From NCBI GenBank assembly GCA_026393895.1, contig JAPKZG010000043.1, positions 7,761-71,760 on the forward strand: a stretch of DNA of 64,000 bases. The letters run 5' to 3'. This DNA is from Candidatus Aminicenantes bacterium (GTDB lineage: Bacteria > Acidobacteriota > Aminicenantia > Aminicenantales > UBA4085). Position 1 is the first letter of the stretch, and each line of letters begins with the position of its first letter. The position numbers and the translations under genes are program-made. This document shows, in pieces, positions 10,319 through 20,180 of this stretch. Below the pieces are notes generated by a model. It had not been told where the DNA came from. It was given only the letters and a program-made list of their open reading frames with translations, and did not search any database.

Positions 10319-11881
10319 CTATTTTGTCGGACCGGCCGGCTCGAAGAATTTCCGCGGCAGCTTTTCGTCGCGCATGGCCGCGTTATAGACGAAAGCGGCC
10401 ATAATGGTGGCCGCCTGCATAAGGTCCCCCCGCGAGGCATGATCGAAGACGTCCATGTTCGAGTGATGGGTCAAAGTCTCGTACTCGAGATCATCTTGGA
10501 TGAACTGGAACCCGGGCAAACCCAGGCTGTCGAACGAGATATGGTCGGAACCGCCCGTCGTACGAGTCGTCACCGTCGCCGCACCCAGGTCATGGAAAGG
10601 CTGCAGCCACGCCTCGAAAATCGGCATTACGGCCAGGTTTCCCTGAGCATAAACGCCGCGGATCTTTCCGCTCCCGTTGTCGAAGTTGAAATAGGCGGCG
10701 AGCCGGTCGTACTCGGGCTTAATCTCCCGCTTGGATCGATCATAAAAATGGTTTGTGACGTACTTTTGGGAGCCGATCAATCCCTGTTCTTCGGCATCCC
10801 AAAGGGCCACCCGGATCGTCCGCCGGGGCTGGGCTCCGATCGCCTTGAGGATTCGAAGAGCCTCGAGAACGACGGCGCAGCCGGCGCCGTCATCGGTCGC
10901 GCCCGTTCCGGAATGCCAGGTGTCAAAGTGCGCCCCGAGCATGACGATTTCGTTCTTGAGCTTTTTGTCGCTCCCCGGGAATTCCGCCACGAGGTTGTAT
11001 CCCTGGGGGTCGTCCTCGGAAAATTCGGTCTGGATTTCGATTTCCAGCGTTACGGGAATTTTTTTCCCAAGGATGCGGACCATCCTGTTGTATTGTTCAA
11101 CGGAAACGACGACGGCCGGCGGGACCGGCGGAGCGCTCGTCAACTGAGTACCTCCGGAAGTCACGAAGACGGTGCCGTCGGTGCTTTTGCTGCCTTCGAT
11201 AAGGACGGCTGCTCCTTCGTCGACGGCGAATTTGTTCAGCACGGCTTGAAGCTGGAAACGGGCCATCACGTCCGGCAACTTTTCGGCGTAGCGGGATCGT
11301 TCGCCGGGATCAAGAGCGAGAAGCATATCCTTGAGATCCTGTTCGGACAGACGCGAGGCGTCGGCGGAGAATTTCAGCGGAGCGGACTGTTCCGGTTGGG
11401 TCAGGACGACAGCGCCTTTCAGCTTACCTTTGTACTTCTCGAGGTCCTTGACCGTTTTGACGTCGAGGAGGACGGCCTCTCCCGTAACGACGCCGTTCGT
11501 GCCGGGTGTCCACGCCTTGGGATAAGCGATGAGAGGCATGTATTGAGGCGCGGTCATGGCCCCGTAGAATTTCTTCAGCCGCCAGCCGCGGCCGAACGTC
11601 CCCCAAGGTTCCATTTTGGCGTCGACGAGCCCCATCTCAGTCAAAGTACGGAGAGCCCATTGAGCGGCCTGCCGATATTGGGGGGACTCCGAAAGACGCG
11701 GAGCGTAGACGTCGCTGAGCCAGCTCAGATAGTCCATGACTTTGGAGGATCCGCCGAGCCCTTCGGTCCGAATGCGCTGCATGATCGAGTAGTCGATTTT
11801 TTCCTCAGCCGAAAGGGGGACGAGGAACGAACCCAGAATCATGATCGAGACGGCCAAGCACCCGGCTTTCTTTCGCACCAT
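10319..11881 (-). CDS. secreted M28-family aminopeptidase with PA domain
   Basis: signal peptide; GAHFDTWHSGTGATDDGAGCAVVLEALRIL...ALWDAEEQGLIGS zinc-ligand motifs. Confidence 0.8.
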   Translation of the reverse strand: MVRKKAGCLAVSIMILGSFLVPLSAEEKIDYSIMQRIRTEGLGGSSKVMDYLSWLSDVYAPRLSESPQYRQAAQWALRTLTEMGLVDAKMEPWGTFGRGWRLKKFYGAMTAPQYMPLIAYPKAWTPGTNGVVTGEAVLLDVKTVKDLEKYKGKLKGAVVLTQPEQSAPLKFSADASRLSEQDLKDMLLALDPGERSRYAEKLPDVMARFQLQAVLNKFAVDEGAAVLIEGSKSTDGTVFVTSGGTQLTSAPPVPPAVVVSVEQYNRMVRILGKKIPVTLEIEIQTEFSEDDPQGYNLVAEFPGSDKKLKNEIVMLGAHFDTWHSGTGATDDGAGCAVVLEALRILKAIGAQPRRTIRVALWDAEEQGLIGSQKYVTNHFYDRSKREIKPEYDRLAAYFNFDNGSGKIRGVYAQGNLAVMPIFEAWLQPFHDLGAATVTTRTTGGSDHISFDSLGLPGFQFIQDDLEYETLTHHSNMDVFDHASRGDLMQAATIMAAFVYNAAMRDEKLPRKFFEPAGPTK

Positions 11882-12010
11882 GAGGAATCTCCTTCCGCAA
11901 AATGATGGGAATGAATCTACGCCGGATCAAAAGTCCTGTCAATGACCCGGAGGCTCTCTAACGAATCGCGCCGAAGAATATCTTCAGACGGAAGTTCAGC
12001 GGACCGCCGG

Positions 12011-12778
12011 TCACAAACCGCGGATCCAGATGTTCCGGAAACGAACGGGATGGCCGTGGTCCTGAAGGGAAAGCGGAAGCGTTTCCGGGTGAGCTTCGTA
12101 CGGAGGACGGACCTTGTGGGCCGTCGGGCCGGTCAATTCGACGTCGTCGTGGACGAGGCACCCGTTATGAAAAACGGTCATCCGGGCCGGCTGAAGGAGC
12201 TTTCCCTCCGGGTCGAACCGGGGGGCATGGAAAACGATGTCGTAGGCCTGCCATTCGCCCGGCTTGCGGCAGGCGTTCACGAGAGGGGGATATTGGCCGT
12301 ATATGGCGGCCGTCATGCCGTCGGCGTAAGTTCTATTGTCATAACAGTCGAGGATCTGAACCTCGTAGGTGTCCATCAGGAAAACGCCGCTGTTGCCCCT
12401 CCCCTGGCCCGCTTCGACGACGACGCCGGGAGACGCCCATTCGACATGGAGCTGACAATCCCCAAACCTTTCTTTTGTCCGGATTGAACCGGTCCCCTTG
12501 ACGACTTCCATATAGCCGTTCTCCACCTTCCATTTGGCCGGCTCGCCCTTGCCCGTCACCCACTTCGAGAGGTCACGTCCGTCGAAAAGAACGACGGCGT
12601 CGGACGGGGCGGGGACGGGAGGACCGGCCGGACCGGGATCGACGACCGGCGGCATCGGCCGTGTTTCGTCGTGGATCGCCCATTTCTGAAGATCGGCCTT
12701 GCGGTCCTGGACCGGGGCAAAGGCAGCCAGGAACGCGACCGCGGCGAAAATCGCCGGGATCATGAAGGTCTTGTTCAT
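12011..12778 (-). CDS. secreted DUF1080 (3-keto-disaccharide/glycoside hydrolase-like) protein
   Basis: signal peptide; LFDGRDLSKW...VENG...RFRNIWIR motifs typical of PF06439. Confidence 0.8.
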   Translation of the reverse strand: MNKTFMIPAIFAAVAFLAAFAPVQDRKADLQKWAIHDETRPMPPVVDPGPAGPPVPAPSDAVVLFDGRDLSKWVTGKGEPAKWKVENGYMEVVKGTGSIRTKERFGDCQLHVEWASPGVVVEAGQGRGNSGVFLMDTYEVQILDCYDNRTYADGMTAAIYGQYPPLVNACRKPGEWQAYDIVFHAPRFDPEGKLLQPARMTVFHNGCLVHDDVELTGPTAHKVRPPYEAHPETLPLSLQDHGHPVRFRNIWIRGL

Positions 12779-12782
12779 TTTT

Positions 12783-14198
12783 TTACAACGACCAGCCGAG
12801 ACGATACTCCTTATGGACGAAGGCGTTGGCTTCGGGCAGGTTGGGAAATTCCATCTTAACCGGGTCCCATTGGAGAATGGTCTTGGACCCCCGGAAGCGC
12901 ATGGCGATATTTCCGAGCAACATGACTTCGGTCAACGGGCCGGAGTAGGTCGGGATGTCGGTCGTCGATTTTGTCCCTTTCTTGATCGCTTCGATCCATT
13001 CCGCGGCGATTCCGGGAGACCGCGGGATCGTTTTTTCGGGACGCGGGGACGACTGCATCAGGGATTCCGGCAGGATGCGCGGGTTGTCCCCGTAGGTGCC
13101 GCACATGATCATCCCTTTTTGGCCGATGAAGAGCACGCCTCCGGCGTCTTCGTCGCCCATCATCCGGCCGTCCTCCAGGATCGAAACAAGGGGCCGGGGC
13201 GGCGTCAGCCCGCCGTCGTACCAGACCATTTTGACCGGCGGCATGGAGCCGCGTTCCGGGAACTGGTAAGTCACCATTTCAGCGATCGGGTAGGAATCCC
13301 GCGTCGGCCGGGACGAACTCGCCTGGACGGTCAGCGGATGACCGAGCTTGAGGGCCCAGAACGGCTGGTCGATCAGGTGGGCGCCCATGTCGCCGAGCGC
13401 GCCCGTGCCGTAATCGAACCACCCGCGCCACACGAAATGGGTAAAGGCCGGATGATACGGGCGCCACGGGGCGGGCCCCAGCCAGACGTCCCAATCGAGG
13501 TTGGGCGGAACGGAAGGGATCTCCTTCGGGGCGTCGATCCCCTGCGGCCAGATCGGCCGGTCGGTCCAGACATGGACTTCGGTCACGTCGCCGATCGCCC
13601 CGGCCCAGATCCATTCGCAGATCAGGCGGGCGCCTTCCTTGGCGTGCCCCTGGTTGCCCATCTGGGTAACCAGGTTTCGTTTTTTCGCCTCTTCCCCAAG
13701 GAGTCTGGCTTCCTTGATCGTATGGGTCAAAGGTTTTTGGACGAAGACGTGCTTGCCCATTTTCATCGCGGCCATGGCGATGACGGCATGATTGTGGTCG
13801 GGCGTGGAGACGGTGATCGCGTCCAAAGACTTTTCCGTCTCGAGCATTTTCCGCCAGTCGCGGTATTTGGCGGCCTTGTCGTATTTCAGCTTCTTGTCGT
13901 AGGGGTGCTCGTCGGAGGTCATGAACGCGGCCATTTTCTGGTCGTCGACGTCGCAGAGGGCGACGATGTTTTCGGAGCTGACGTCCTGGACGTCGGAAAA
14001 CCCCTTGCCGCCGACGGCGACGCAGCCGATGTTCAACGTGTCGCTCGGCGCCTGATAGCCGGGGCCGCCGAGGACTTTCCGGGGGACGATCATGAAGCCG
14101 GCCGCCGCCGTCGCCGCCGTTCCGAGAAACGCGCGCCGGGACAAGCCGTTTTCGGAAGTGGATTTGGGATCGGTCATATGTTCCTCCATTACGGACAT
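12783..14198 (-). CDS. TAT-secreted Gfo/Idh/MocA family oxidoreductase
   Basis: twin-arginine motif SRRAFLG; Rossmann GCVAVGGKG; family-typical C-terminal region. Confidence 0.85.
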   Translation of the reverse strand: MSVMEEHMTDPKSTSENGLSRRAFLGTAATAAAGFMIVPRKVLGGPGYQAPSDTLNIGCVAVGGKGFSDVQDVSSENIVALCDVDDQKMAAFMTSDEHPYDKKLKYDKAAKYRDWRKMLETEKSLDAITVSTPDHNHAVIAMAAMKMGKHVFVQKPLTHTIKEARLLGEEAKKRNLVTQMGNQGHAKEGARLICEWIWAGAIGDVTEVHVWTDRPIWPQGIDAPKEIPSVPPNLDWDVWLGPAPWRPYHPAFTHFVWRGWFDYGTGALGDMGAHLIDQPFWALKLGHPLTVQASSSRPTRDSYPIAEMVTYQFPERGSMPPVKMVWYDGGLTPPRPLVSILEDGRMMGDEDAGGVLFIGQKGMIMCGTYGDNPRILPESLMQSSPRPEKTIPRSPGIAAEWIEAIKKGTKSTTDIPTYSGPLTEVMLLGNIAMRFRGSKTILQWDPVKMEFPNLPEANAFVHKEYRLGWSL

Positions 14199-14249
14199 TA
14201 AACGTCACATCCTCGAATTTTTCTTATCATATCCGGTCGGCGGAAATAG

Positions 14250-17024
14250 TCAAATCGGCCGAATCTCCCTAAGATAAATGTTCTTGAAAAACAGGGGCGT
14301 GCTATGGGCCTGCAGCTCGATCTGTCCCGAAGGATAGATGGGTTTCCCACGCTCCCAGCAATTTTCCATCACGACATTGTCGACGACCCGGACGCCGTTG
14401 AGGTCGACGGTCACCTTCTCCCGGGCCATTTTGATGTAAAACGTGTTCCATTCGCCGGCCGGACGGTCGGCCCGGAACGCCGGTTTGTTCGGATTCGTTT
14501 TGTTGTTATAGAGGCCGCCAGAACCCTCGGGCCATTGGGCCGGGTCCCAAATCTGGATCTGCGGGGATCCGCGGAGATAAAGGCCGCTGTCGCCGCCGGG
14601 CTCGATCTTCCAATCGACGAACATCTCGAAGTCGCCGTAATCCCGGACGGTGCAGAGGTTTTGTCCCTTGCCGTCGAACGAAAGAATTCCCTCCACGACG
14701 CGCCAATGCGCCCGCATTTCGGCGTCCGCTTCGGCCTGGGCCCGGGCGAGTTCGGCCGGGGCCAGCCCGGCGCGCTCGGGAGGATCGGCCACGAGGCCTT
14801 TCCAACCGGTGAGGTCCTTCCCGTTGAACAGCGGCGTGAATCCTTCCAGGGTGAGAAGCTCTCGCGCGCGGCTTTCGGCCGGAACGCGGTCGAATTCGTA
14901 ATCAACGAAAGGAACGGCCTTTTTCAGAGCCGCCGCGGCCGACATCCCCGTCATCCCGCCGTACCCGGCGACGGGCATCACCAGTCGCAGGACCGCCTTG
15001 GCCGCCCGAACCTGAATATCCGGGTCGTCGAGAAATTTCACGATCGTTTCCAGGCCTTCCGGGGCGAGGACCGCGGCGATTCCATCGAGAATGACGGTCT
15101 TTTCATCGGCCTCGACGGCCGACGCCAGGGCGTCGCGAAGCGCGTCGAGTTTCTCCGCCGCGGTCAAACCGGAACCGGGGACGAGGCGGGCGATTCCCTG
15201 AAGCACGAGGTATCGGAATTTGCGGTCGGAAACGCTCTTGGCCAGGCGGGTGAGATCCGGCACGGCGCTTTCGTCCGGCCAGTTGGCCAGAGCAAAGACG
15301 GCCACCGCCTGAACCTGCGGATCGGGATTTTGAATCTCGGTCCGGACAACGTCGAGCGCGGCCGCTCCGCCGATTTTCGAAATCGTCCGAAGGAGGTCGA
15401 TCCGTTTGGGTTCGTCCGCGCGTTCGAGGGCTTTTAAAAGCGGAACGGCCCGCGCTTCCGGGTCGGGGATTTGCCGCGCCGCCGCGGCCACCGCGTTTTG
15501 AATCAAGACGATTTCGTGAGGGGAGGCCGCTTGAAGCAGGAGATCGACGACGGCGGGCAAATCGTCCGCCGAAACGGTTTGTTCGAGAGCCGCAAGAGCG
15601 GCCGCCCGGACATTTTCGTCCGGACTCAAACAGAGGGAAAGAACGTTTCCGGCTTGGACTTTCGCCGTCCGTTCGGCGAGAATTCCCAGGAGCGCGACCT
15701 GCGCGGACGGCGGCGCCGCGGGAAGAATCTCCGCGATTTTCGGAATGAGGACATCCGAAGGAAAAAACAGAACCGCTTTTTTCGCCGCGTCGACGTCGGC
15801 CTCGTCGCCTGATTTGAAAAGAGGAACGATGTCGTCCCAAACACCGGCTCCGCCCAGTCGGGCGGCCGCGCCGGCCGCCGCCCGACGGACGAGGTCTTCA
15901 CCCGAACGCAGTTTCTCCCGGATCACGGGGAAGACCGAGGCCTCGCCGCGGCGGGCCAGCATCCGGATCAAATCCGCTTGAACGTCGGGCGCCGCCTGAT
16001 CGAGCAGGCCGATCCAGTCGGCGGTCGACCAACTTGTCCGCAGCCCAGCCGCGATGTCGAGAGCTTTTTGGCGATACTTCGCCTCGGGCGATCCGGCGGC
16101 TTCCATCAATATTTTCAAGCCCTCCTTCTCCCCCACCGCGTCCATGTACAACGTCAAGGCGGCCGCCCGGAGGTGATCTTCTCCGGGCGCGGAATAATCC
16201 GAAAGGAACGGTCGGGCGATCGCCGCCGCTTCGCTTGACAGGCCGGACTCCGCAAGCCGCCGGCCGAAGAGAAGAAGACGGACGGCGGCTCCGGCCCGTT
16301 CCTCGAAGGGAGCAGCGATCCGGACGCGCTCGAGCGCCGGACGGGCCGAAAGATCCCCGATGTTCGCCAGGGCGTCCAGGGCGGCCGCGCGTATTTTCGG
16401 GTCGCTCTTCTCCGCGAGTCGGAGAAGAGCCGGCGTCGCCTTCCGGCTTCGCAGGTCGCCCAAACCCTGGATGATCGCCGCGGCCGGATCGCCTTGGGCC
16501 GTCCTCAGGGCCTTCAACAAGGCGGTTTCCGCTTCAGAAACACCCGTGGCGGTCAACGCCCGAACGACGGGGCCGGCGAGGGCGGGACGGGAAAGAAAAC
16601 GGGCGAGCGGCTTGACGATTTCCGTTTTCCCGGTTTTTTGCAGAAGAGAAATCATGAACGTCCCGATCTCCGGGTCCCGGGAGGCGTTCAGGGATTTTAG
16701 AATTGCGTCTACGACCATCGCCCGCTCGTCCGGCGCGCCGGGGCGGCCGGACCGGACGACGACCGCGTCCAGGGCGAACCGAACCAGATTGTCGTCGGCC
16801 GCTCCCGGTTCGGCCAATCGTCCGCAGAGATCGGCGACGGCCGGGGGCCCGAGCCGGATCAGTTCGGACGCGGCCGCGTCGCGGTCCGCCGCGGTTTCGG
16901 CTGGAAATTCCAAAAGTAGGGCGGAGACGCGGTCGGCCAGGCTTTGGCCGGGGACCGGACCGGACGAAGCCAGAAAAGCGGCCGCCGCAAAAACGGCGAA
17001 AATCGACGCCCTTCGCGTTTTCAT
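14250..17024 (-). CDS. secreted HEAT-repeat protein with C-terminal DUF1080 domain (fusion)
   Basis: 924 aa; signal peptide; ~700 aa of Ala/Leu-rich HEAT/PBS-lyase-like repeats; C-terminal FNGKDLTGWKG...WRVVEGIL...FFKNIYLREI matches DUF1080. Confidence 0.75.
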   Translation of the reverse strand: MKTRRASIFAVFAAAAFLASSGPVPGQSLADRVSALLLEFPAETAADRDAAASELIRLGPPAVADLCGRLAEPGAADDNLVRFALDAVVVRSGRPGAPDERAMVVDAILKSLNASRDPEIGTFMISLLQKTGKTEIVKPLARFLSRPALAGPVVRALTATGVSEAETALLKALRTAQGDPAAAIIQGLGDLRSRKATPALLRLAEKSDPKIRAAALDALANIGDLSARPALERVRIAAPFEERAGAAVRLLLFGRRLAESGLSSEAAAIARPFLSDYSAPGEDHLRAAALTLYMDAVGEKEGLKILMEAAGSPEAKYRQKALDIAAGLRTSWSTADWIGLLDQAAPDVQADLIRMLARRGEASVFPVIREKLRSGEDLVRRAAAGAAARLGGAGVWDDIVPLFKSGDEADVDAAKKAVLFFPSDVLIPKIAEILPAAPPSAQVALLGILAERTAKVQAGNVLSLCLSPDENVRAAALAALEQTVSADDLPAVVDLLLQAASPHEIVLIQNAVAAAARQIPDPEARAVPLLKALERADEPKRIDLLRTISKIGGAAALDVVRTEIQNPDPQVQAVAVFALANWPDESAVPDLTRLAKSVSDRKFRYLVLQGIARLVPGSGLTAAEKLDALRDALASAVEADEKTVILDGIAAVLAPEGLETIVKFLDDPDIQVRAAKAVLRLVMPVAGYGGMTGMSAAAALKKAVPFVDYEFDRVPAESRARELLTLEGFTPLFNGKDLTGWKGLVADPPERAGLAPAELARAQAEADAEMRAHWRVVEGILSFDGKGQNLCTVRDYGDFEMFVDWKIEPGGDSGLYLRGSPQIQIWDPAQWPEGSGGLYNNKTNPNKPAFRADRPAGEWNTFYIKMAREKVTVDLNGVRVVDNVVMENCWERGKPIYPSGQIELQAHSTPLFFKNIYLREIRPI

Positions 17025-18307
17025 CGGCCGATTCCCCCCGGATGCCAGGGCGCCCGCGGCGGTTCGTCGAGCAATCGGCAGGCCTCGTCGTCGTCCGGAA
17101 ACCGCTGCGCCTCCGGGTCGAAGCGGAGCGGCCTCCCCAGCCGGACGGCGATCTTGGCCAGGTTGACGAGCGTGCAGGACCGATGGCCGTTCTCCTCATT
17201 GAGGGCGAACTTGACCCGGGTCCGGACGGATTCGGAGAAATCCGTCACCCCCGGATCGGGGTCGGGACAAGCGGCGATCTTATTGTCTAAATCCGGAATG
17301 TCGGAACGGAGGCCGCGATAAATCCTGCCCTCAGGCCCTTCCAGGAACGGCGCGCTTATATCCTTGTTTTCTCCGTCGAGGATGATCTCGCATCCGTCGG
17401 CGTATTTCAGGCGGACCCGGCGCCACCGACCGCAGGCGTCGGGATGCTGCTGCGGAGCATCGGCGGATATTTCGACCGGGCTCGTCCCGTCCTTGTCCAG
17501 GAGATCCTGGACGGGGTCGAGATAATGCATCCCCATGTCCCCCAACCCGCCGCCGTCGTAATCCCAATAACCGCGGAACGTTTGATGGACGCGGTGCGGG
17601 TGGTAGGGTTTGAAAGGCGCCGGGCCGAGCCAGAAGTCGTAGTCGAGTTCCTTCGGAACCGGCTGGGGCGGCAGATAGGTTTTTCCGCTCCAGTAAAACT
17701 TCCAATCGAATCCGGTGGGCCCGTTCACCGTCGCCTTGATCGGCCAACCTAGGAGGCCCGCCCGGACGGCCTTTTTGAGGGGCTTGACCGGCGTCCCGAA
17801 TCCGTAAAACCGGTCCTGAAAGCGGAACCAGGTGTTGATCCGGAACATCCGTCCCGTTCTCCGGACCGCCTCGACGACCCGGAGGCCCTCGCCGATCGTC
17901 CGGGTCATGGGTTTTTCGCACCATACGTCCTTGCCCGCCTCGACGGCGGCGATCGACATCAGGGCGTGCCAGTGGGGCGGAACGGCGATGTGGACGATGT
18001 CGATGTCGGGCCGGGCCAGCACGTCCCGGAAATCATGGTAACCGCGCACACCGGGCCCGGAGGCGTCCAGGGCGACGGCCAGATGGGCGGCGTCCACGTC
18101 GCAGACCGCCAGGAGTCGGGCCCCTTCGTATGTGAGGTGGCCCAGGCCCATGTTGCCGACGCCGATGACGGCCTTGGTCAATTCGTCGCTGGGGGGAAGA
18201 TATCCCGGACCGCCCAGAACGCGGCGCGGAACGATCATGACCCCGGCCGCGGACGCGAGGGCCGTTTTCAGAAAGGACCGCCGGGAAAGACGGCGGACAC
18301 CGGACAT
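17021..18307 (-). CDS. TAT-secreted Gfo/Idh/MocA family oxidoreductase (second copy)
   Basis: RRSFLKTALASAAG TAT motif; GVGNMG Rossmann; 4-bp overlap with downstream HEAT-DUF1080 gene. Confidence 0.85.
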   Translation of the reverse strand: MSGVRRLSRRSFLKTALASAAGVMIVPRRVLGGPGYLPPSDELTKAVIGVGNMGLGHLTYEGARLLAVCDVDAAHLAVALDASGPGVRGYHDFRDVLARPDIDIVHIAVPPHWHALMSIAAVEAGKDVWCEKPMTRTIGEGLRVVEAVRRTGRMFRINTWFRFQDRFYGFGTPVKPLKKAVRAGLLGWPIKATVNGPTGFDWKFYWSGKTYLPPQPVPKELDYDFWLGPAPFKPYHPHRVHQTFRGYWDYDGGGLGDMGMHYLDPVQDLLDKDGTSPVEISADAPQQHPDACGRWRRVRLKYADGCEIILDGENKDISAPFLEGPEGRIYRGLRSDIPDLDNKIAACPDPDPGVTDFSESVRTRVKFALNEENGHRSCTLVNLAKIAVRLGRPLRFDPEAQRFPDDDEACRLLDEPPRAPWHPGGIGR

Positions 18308-18408
18308 GCGGACCTCCGGAAAAAACGCTTCGGAGAGTCCCCTATCTTACCAGAAATCGGGGACACGGTACGAAATCAAGCGATTTCGTATCGTGTCCCT
18401 GGAATTCC

Positions 18409-18948
18409 TCAGGCTCCCGGCAAGTTATAGGAGAGCGGGTCGAAGCACGAGCCGGCCGGCCAGGCCCGGGCGGCGAGTTCCTTATCGAGCATATACAAGC
18501 CGTCCTTGCTCGCGCCGATGCGCTCCAACTGGCGGGAAATCCCGTCGGTGTTCTTTTCTTCCTCGATCTGTTCCTTGACGAACCAGTTCATCATCGGCTC
18601 GGCGGTGTAATCGTTTTCTTCCCGGACGACCTTGACGATCGCGTGGATCTTGGCGGTGATAAACTGCTCGTGGGCGTAGGCGTCCTTCCAGGCCTCCAGG
18701 GGGGTCTTCCAGGCCAGTTTGAGCTGCTTGAGGTCGAGCAGGGCCACCTCGCCGCCGCGGTCGATGATATGGTCGAAAAACTTCATCGCGTGGGTCGTCT
18801 CCTCGTGAGCCTGGACCCTCATCCAATGGGCCATGCCGTCGAGATTCTGCTCGTGAAAATAGGCGATCATGGACAGGTAGAGGTAATAGGATTCGAACTC
18901 GTTCTTGATTTGCTCGTTCATGATGTCGCGGACGGGTTTGGGGATCAT
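18409..18948 (-). CDS. ftn: non-heme ferritin
   Basis: 179 aa; ferritin di-iron ligands (ESYYLYLSM...QAHEETTHAMKF...EQIEEE). Confidence 0.85.
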   Translation of the reverse strand: MIPKPVRDIMNEQIKNEFESYYLYLSMIAYFHEQNLDGMAHWMRVQAHEETTHAMKFFDHIIDRGGEVALLDLKQLKLAWKTPLEAWKDAYAHEQFITAKIHAIVKVVREENDYTAEPMMNWFVKEQIEEEKNTDGISRQLERIGASKDGLYMLDKELAARAWPAGSCFDPLSYNLPGA

Positions 18949-18989
18949 CGGGCTCTCCTTTCCTTTAGTTTGGAATCATTTCAATTTGA

Positions 18990-19018
18990 ATTGTAGGTCT
19001 TCGAAAGGGATTTGTCAA
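18990..19018 (-). promoter_or_regulatory. near-consensus sigma70 promoter for ferritin (TTGACA-17-TACAAT) with a short AT-rich palindrome between -10 and RBS
   Basis: minus-strand reading ttgacaaatccctttcgaagacctacaat then tcaaattgaaatgattccaaa then aaggagag ATG. Confidence 0.45.
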
Positions 19019-19105
19019 CCTCGCGTCCCGGCCGCCCCCCTTGACCCGTCCGGTCTCTTAAGACACAATGGAATGCGGCAAAGAGGATCATGGCCGGAAG
19101 GTGAA

Positions 19106-19993
19106 ATGATGAATAAACGCCTGATGATCGCGATCGCCGTCGTCTTCTGCCTGGCGGCGGCCGGGTTGATTTATTTCGGCGGCCGGCCTAATAACGAAGA
19201 CGCGGCCGTCGGCACGAGCATGGAAGAGACGATCCCGGCCTTTCTGGGCGTCGGGCCCCACGAAATCACCATCCGGAACGTCACCAAGAAACCCGTCCAT
19301 TATAAACTCCGGGCCTACGGATCGGATGCCCCGGCCGTCGAGCGGATGCTCCTCCCGGATGAAATCGACCGATATCCCGCCCCGCAGACCATCGTGATTT
19401 CCTACCTGAAATACGGAAGCGAAGTCACGTATTCCCTCTTCCCCGGCAAACCCTACTCGTTCCGGTACGACAACGCCGGCAACACGGACATCTGGGTGGG
19501 TGCCCACGGCCGGGAGGACGCCGTCGACCTGGCGCCGTACGTTCCGACGCCACCCGAGGTGCTTGCGGAGATGTGTGTCCTGGGGCAGGTGAGCAAGAAT
19601 TCGATCGTTTACGACATCGGCTGCGGCGACGGCCGCATCGTGATCCACGCGGCCAAAACGTACGGCGCCCGCGGCGTCGGGATCGACATCGAGCCGGAAC
19701 GGATCCGCGAGTCCAAGGCGAACGCGAAGGCGGCCGGGGTGGAGCGGCTGGTCAAATTCAAACTGGCCGACGCGACCAAGGTCGACATCTCCGAGGCCAC
19801 TGTCGTGACGATGTACCTTCTGCCCGAATCCAACGAGCTTCTCCGGCCCAAGCTGGAGAAAGAGTTGAAACCGGGCGTCCTCGTCGTCACCCATAACTAC
19901 ATGATCCCCGGCTGGGAAGACAAGGAAGTGACCTCGAAGGTCGTCCTGGATTCCGAACAAAAAGAACACACCGTCTTTCTCTACCGGCGCTGA
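19106..19993 (+). CDS. membrane-anchored class I SAM-dependent methyltransferase with N-terminal domain of unknown function
   Basis: start MMNKRLMIAIAVVFCLAAAG (TM) after RBS ggaaggtg; motif I VYDIGCGDGRIV, motif II/III downstream; the minus ORF 19088..20104 is a shadow. Confidence 0.7.
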   Translation: MMNKRLMIAIAVVFCLAAAGLIYFGGRPNNEDAAVGTSMEETIPAFLGVGPHEITIRNVTKKPVHYKLRAYGSDAPAVERMLLPDEIDRYPAPQTIVISYLKYGSEVTYSLFPGKPYSFRYDNAGNTDIWVGAHGREDAVDLAPYVPTPPEVLAEMCVLGQVSKNSIVYDIGCGDGRIVIHAAKTYGARGVGIDIEPERIRESKANAKAAGVERLVKFKLADATKVDISEATVVTMYLLPESNELLRPKLEKELKPGVLVVTHNYMIPGWEDKEVTSKVVLDSEQKEHTVFLYRR

Positions 19994-20180
19994 CCGCGCC
20001 CCGGCGAAGCCGTGCCCGGAACGACTCGTGCTCCCGCAAAGACACGGATTGTCCTTCGACGCGTCATGGAGGAACGGCGGCGGTTGACAACAAACCCGTT
20101 TCAAGATTATTTTATGTCAGGCTTCCTCCAGGAGCGGGAGGAAGAACCCGTCCGTTCAAGGAACCGAAAGAAATGCAAAG

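Noticed and set aside
8613-10440. Multiple + strand ORFs (121-289 aa) across ettA
   Set aside because: All overlap the clearly real ABC-F gene on the minus strand and are compositionally shadow-like.
14304-17290. Several 100-377-aa + strand ORFs across the HEAT-DUF1080 gene
   Set aside because: Shadows of the 924-aa minus-strand gene; Arg/Pro/Gly-rich.
19088-20104. 338-aa minus-strand ORF
   Set aside because: Overlaps the + strand methyltransferase, which has a canonical SAM-binding motif, RBS and TM start; the minus ORF has no motifs.
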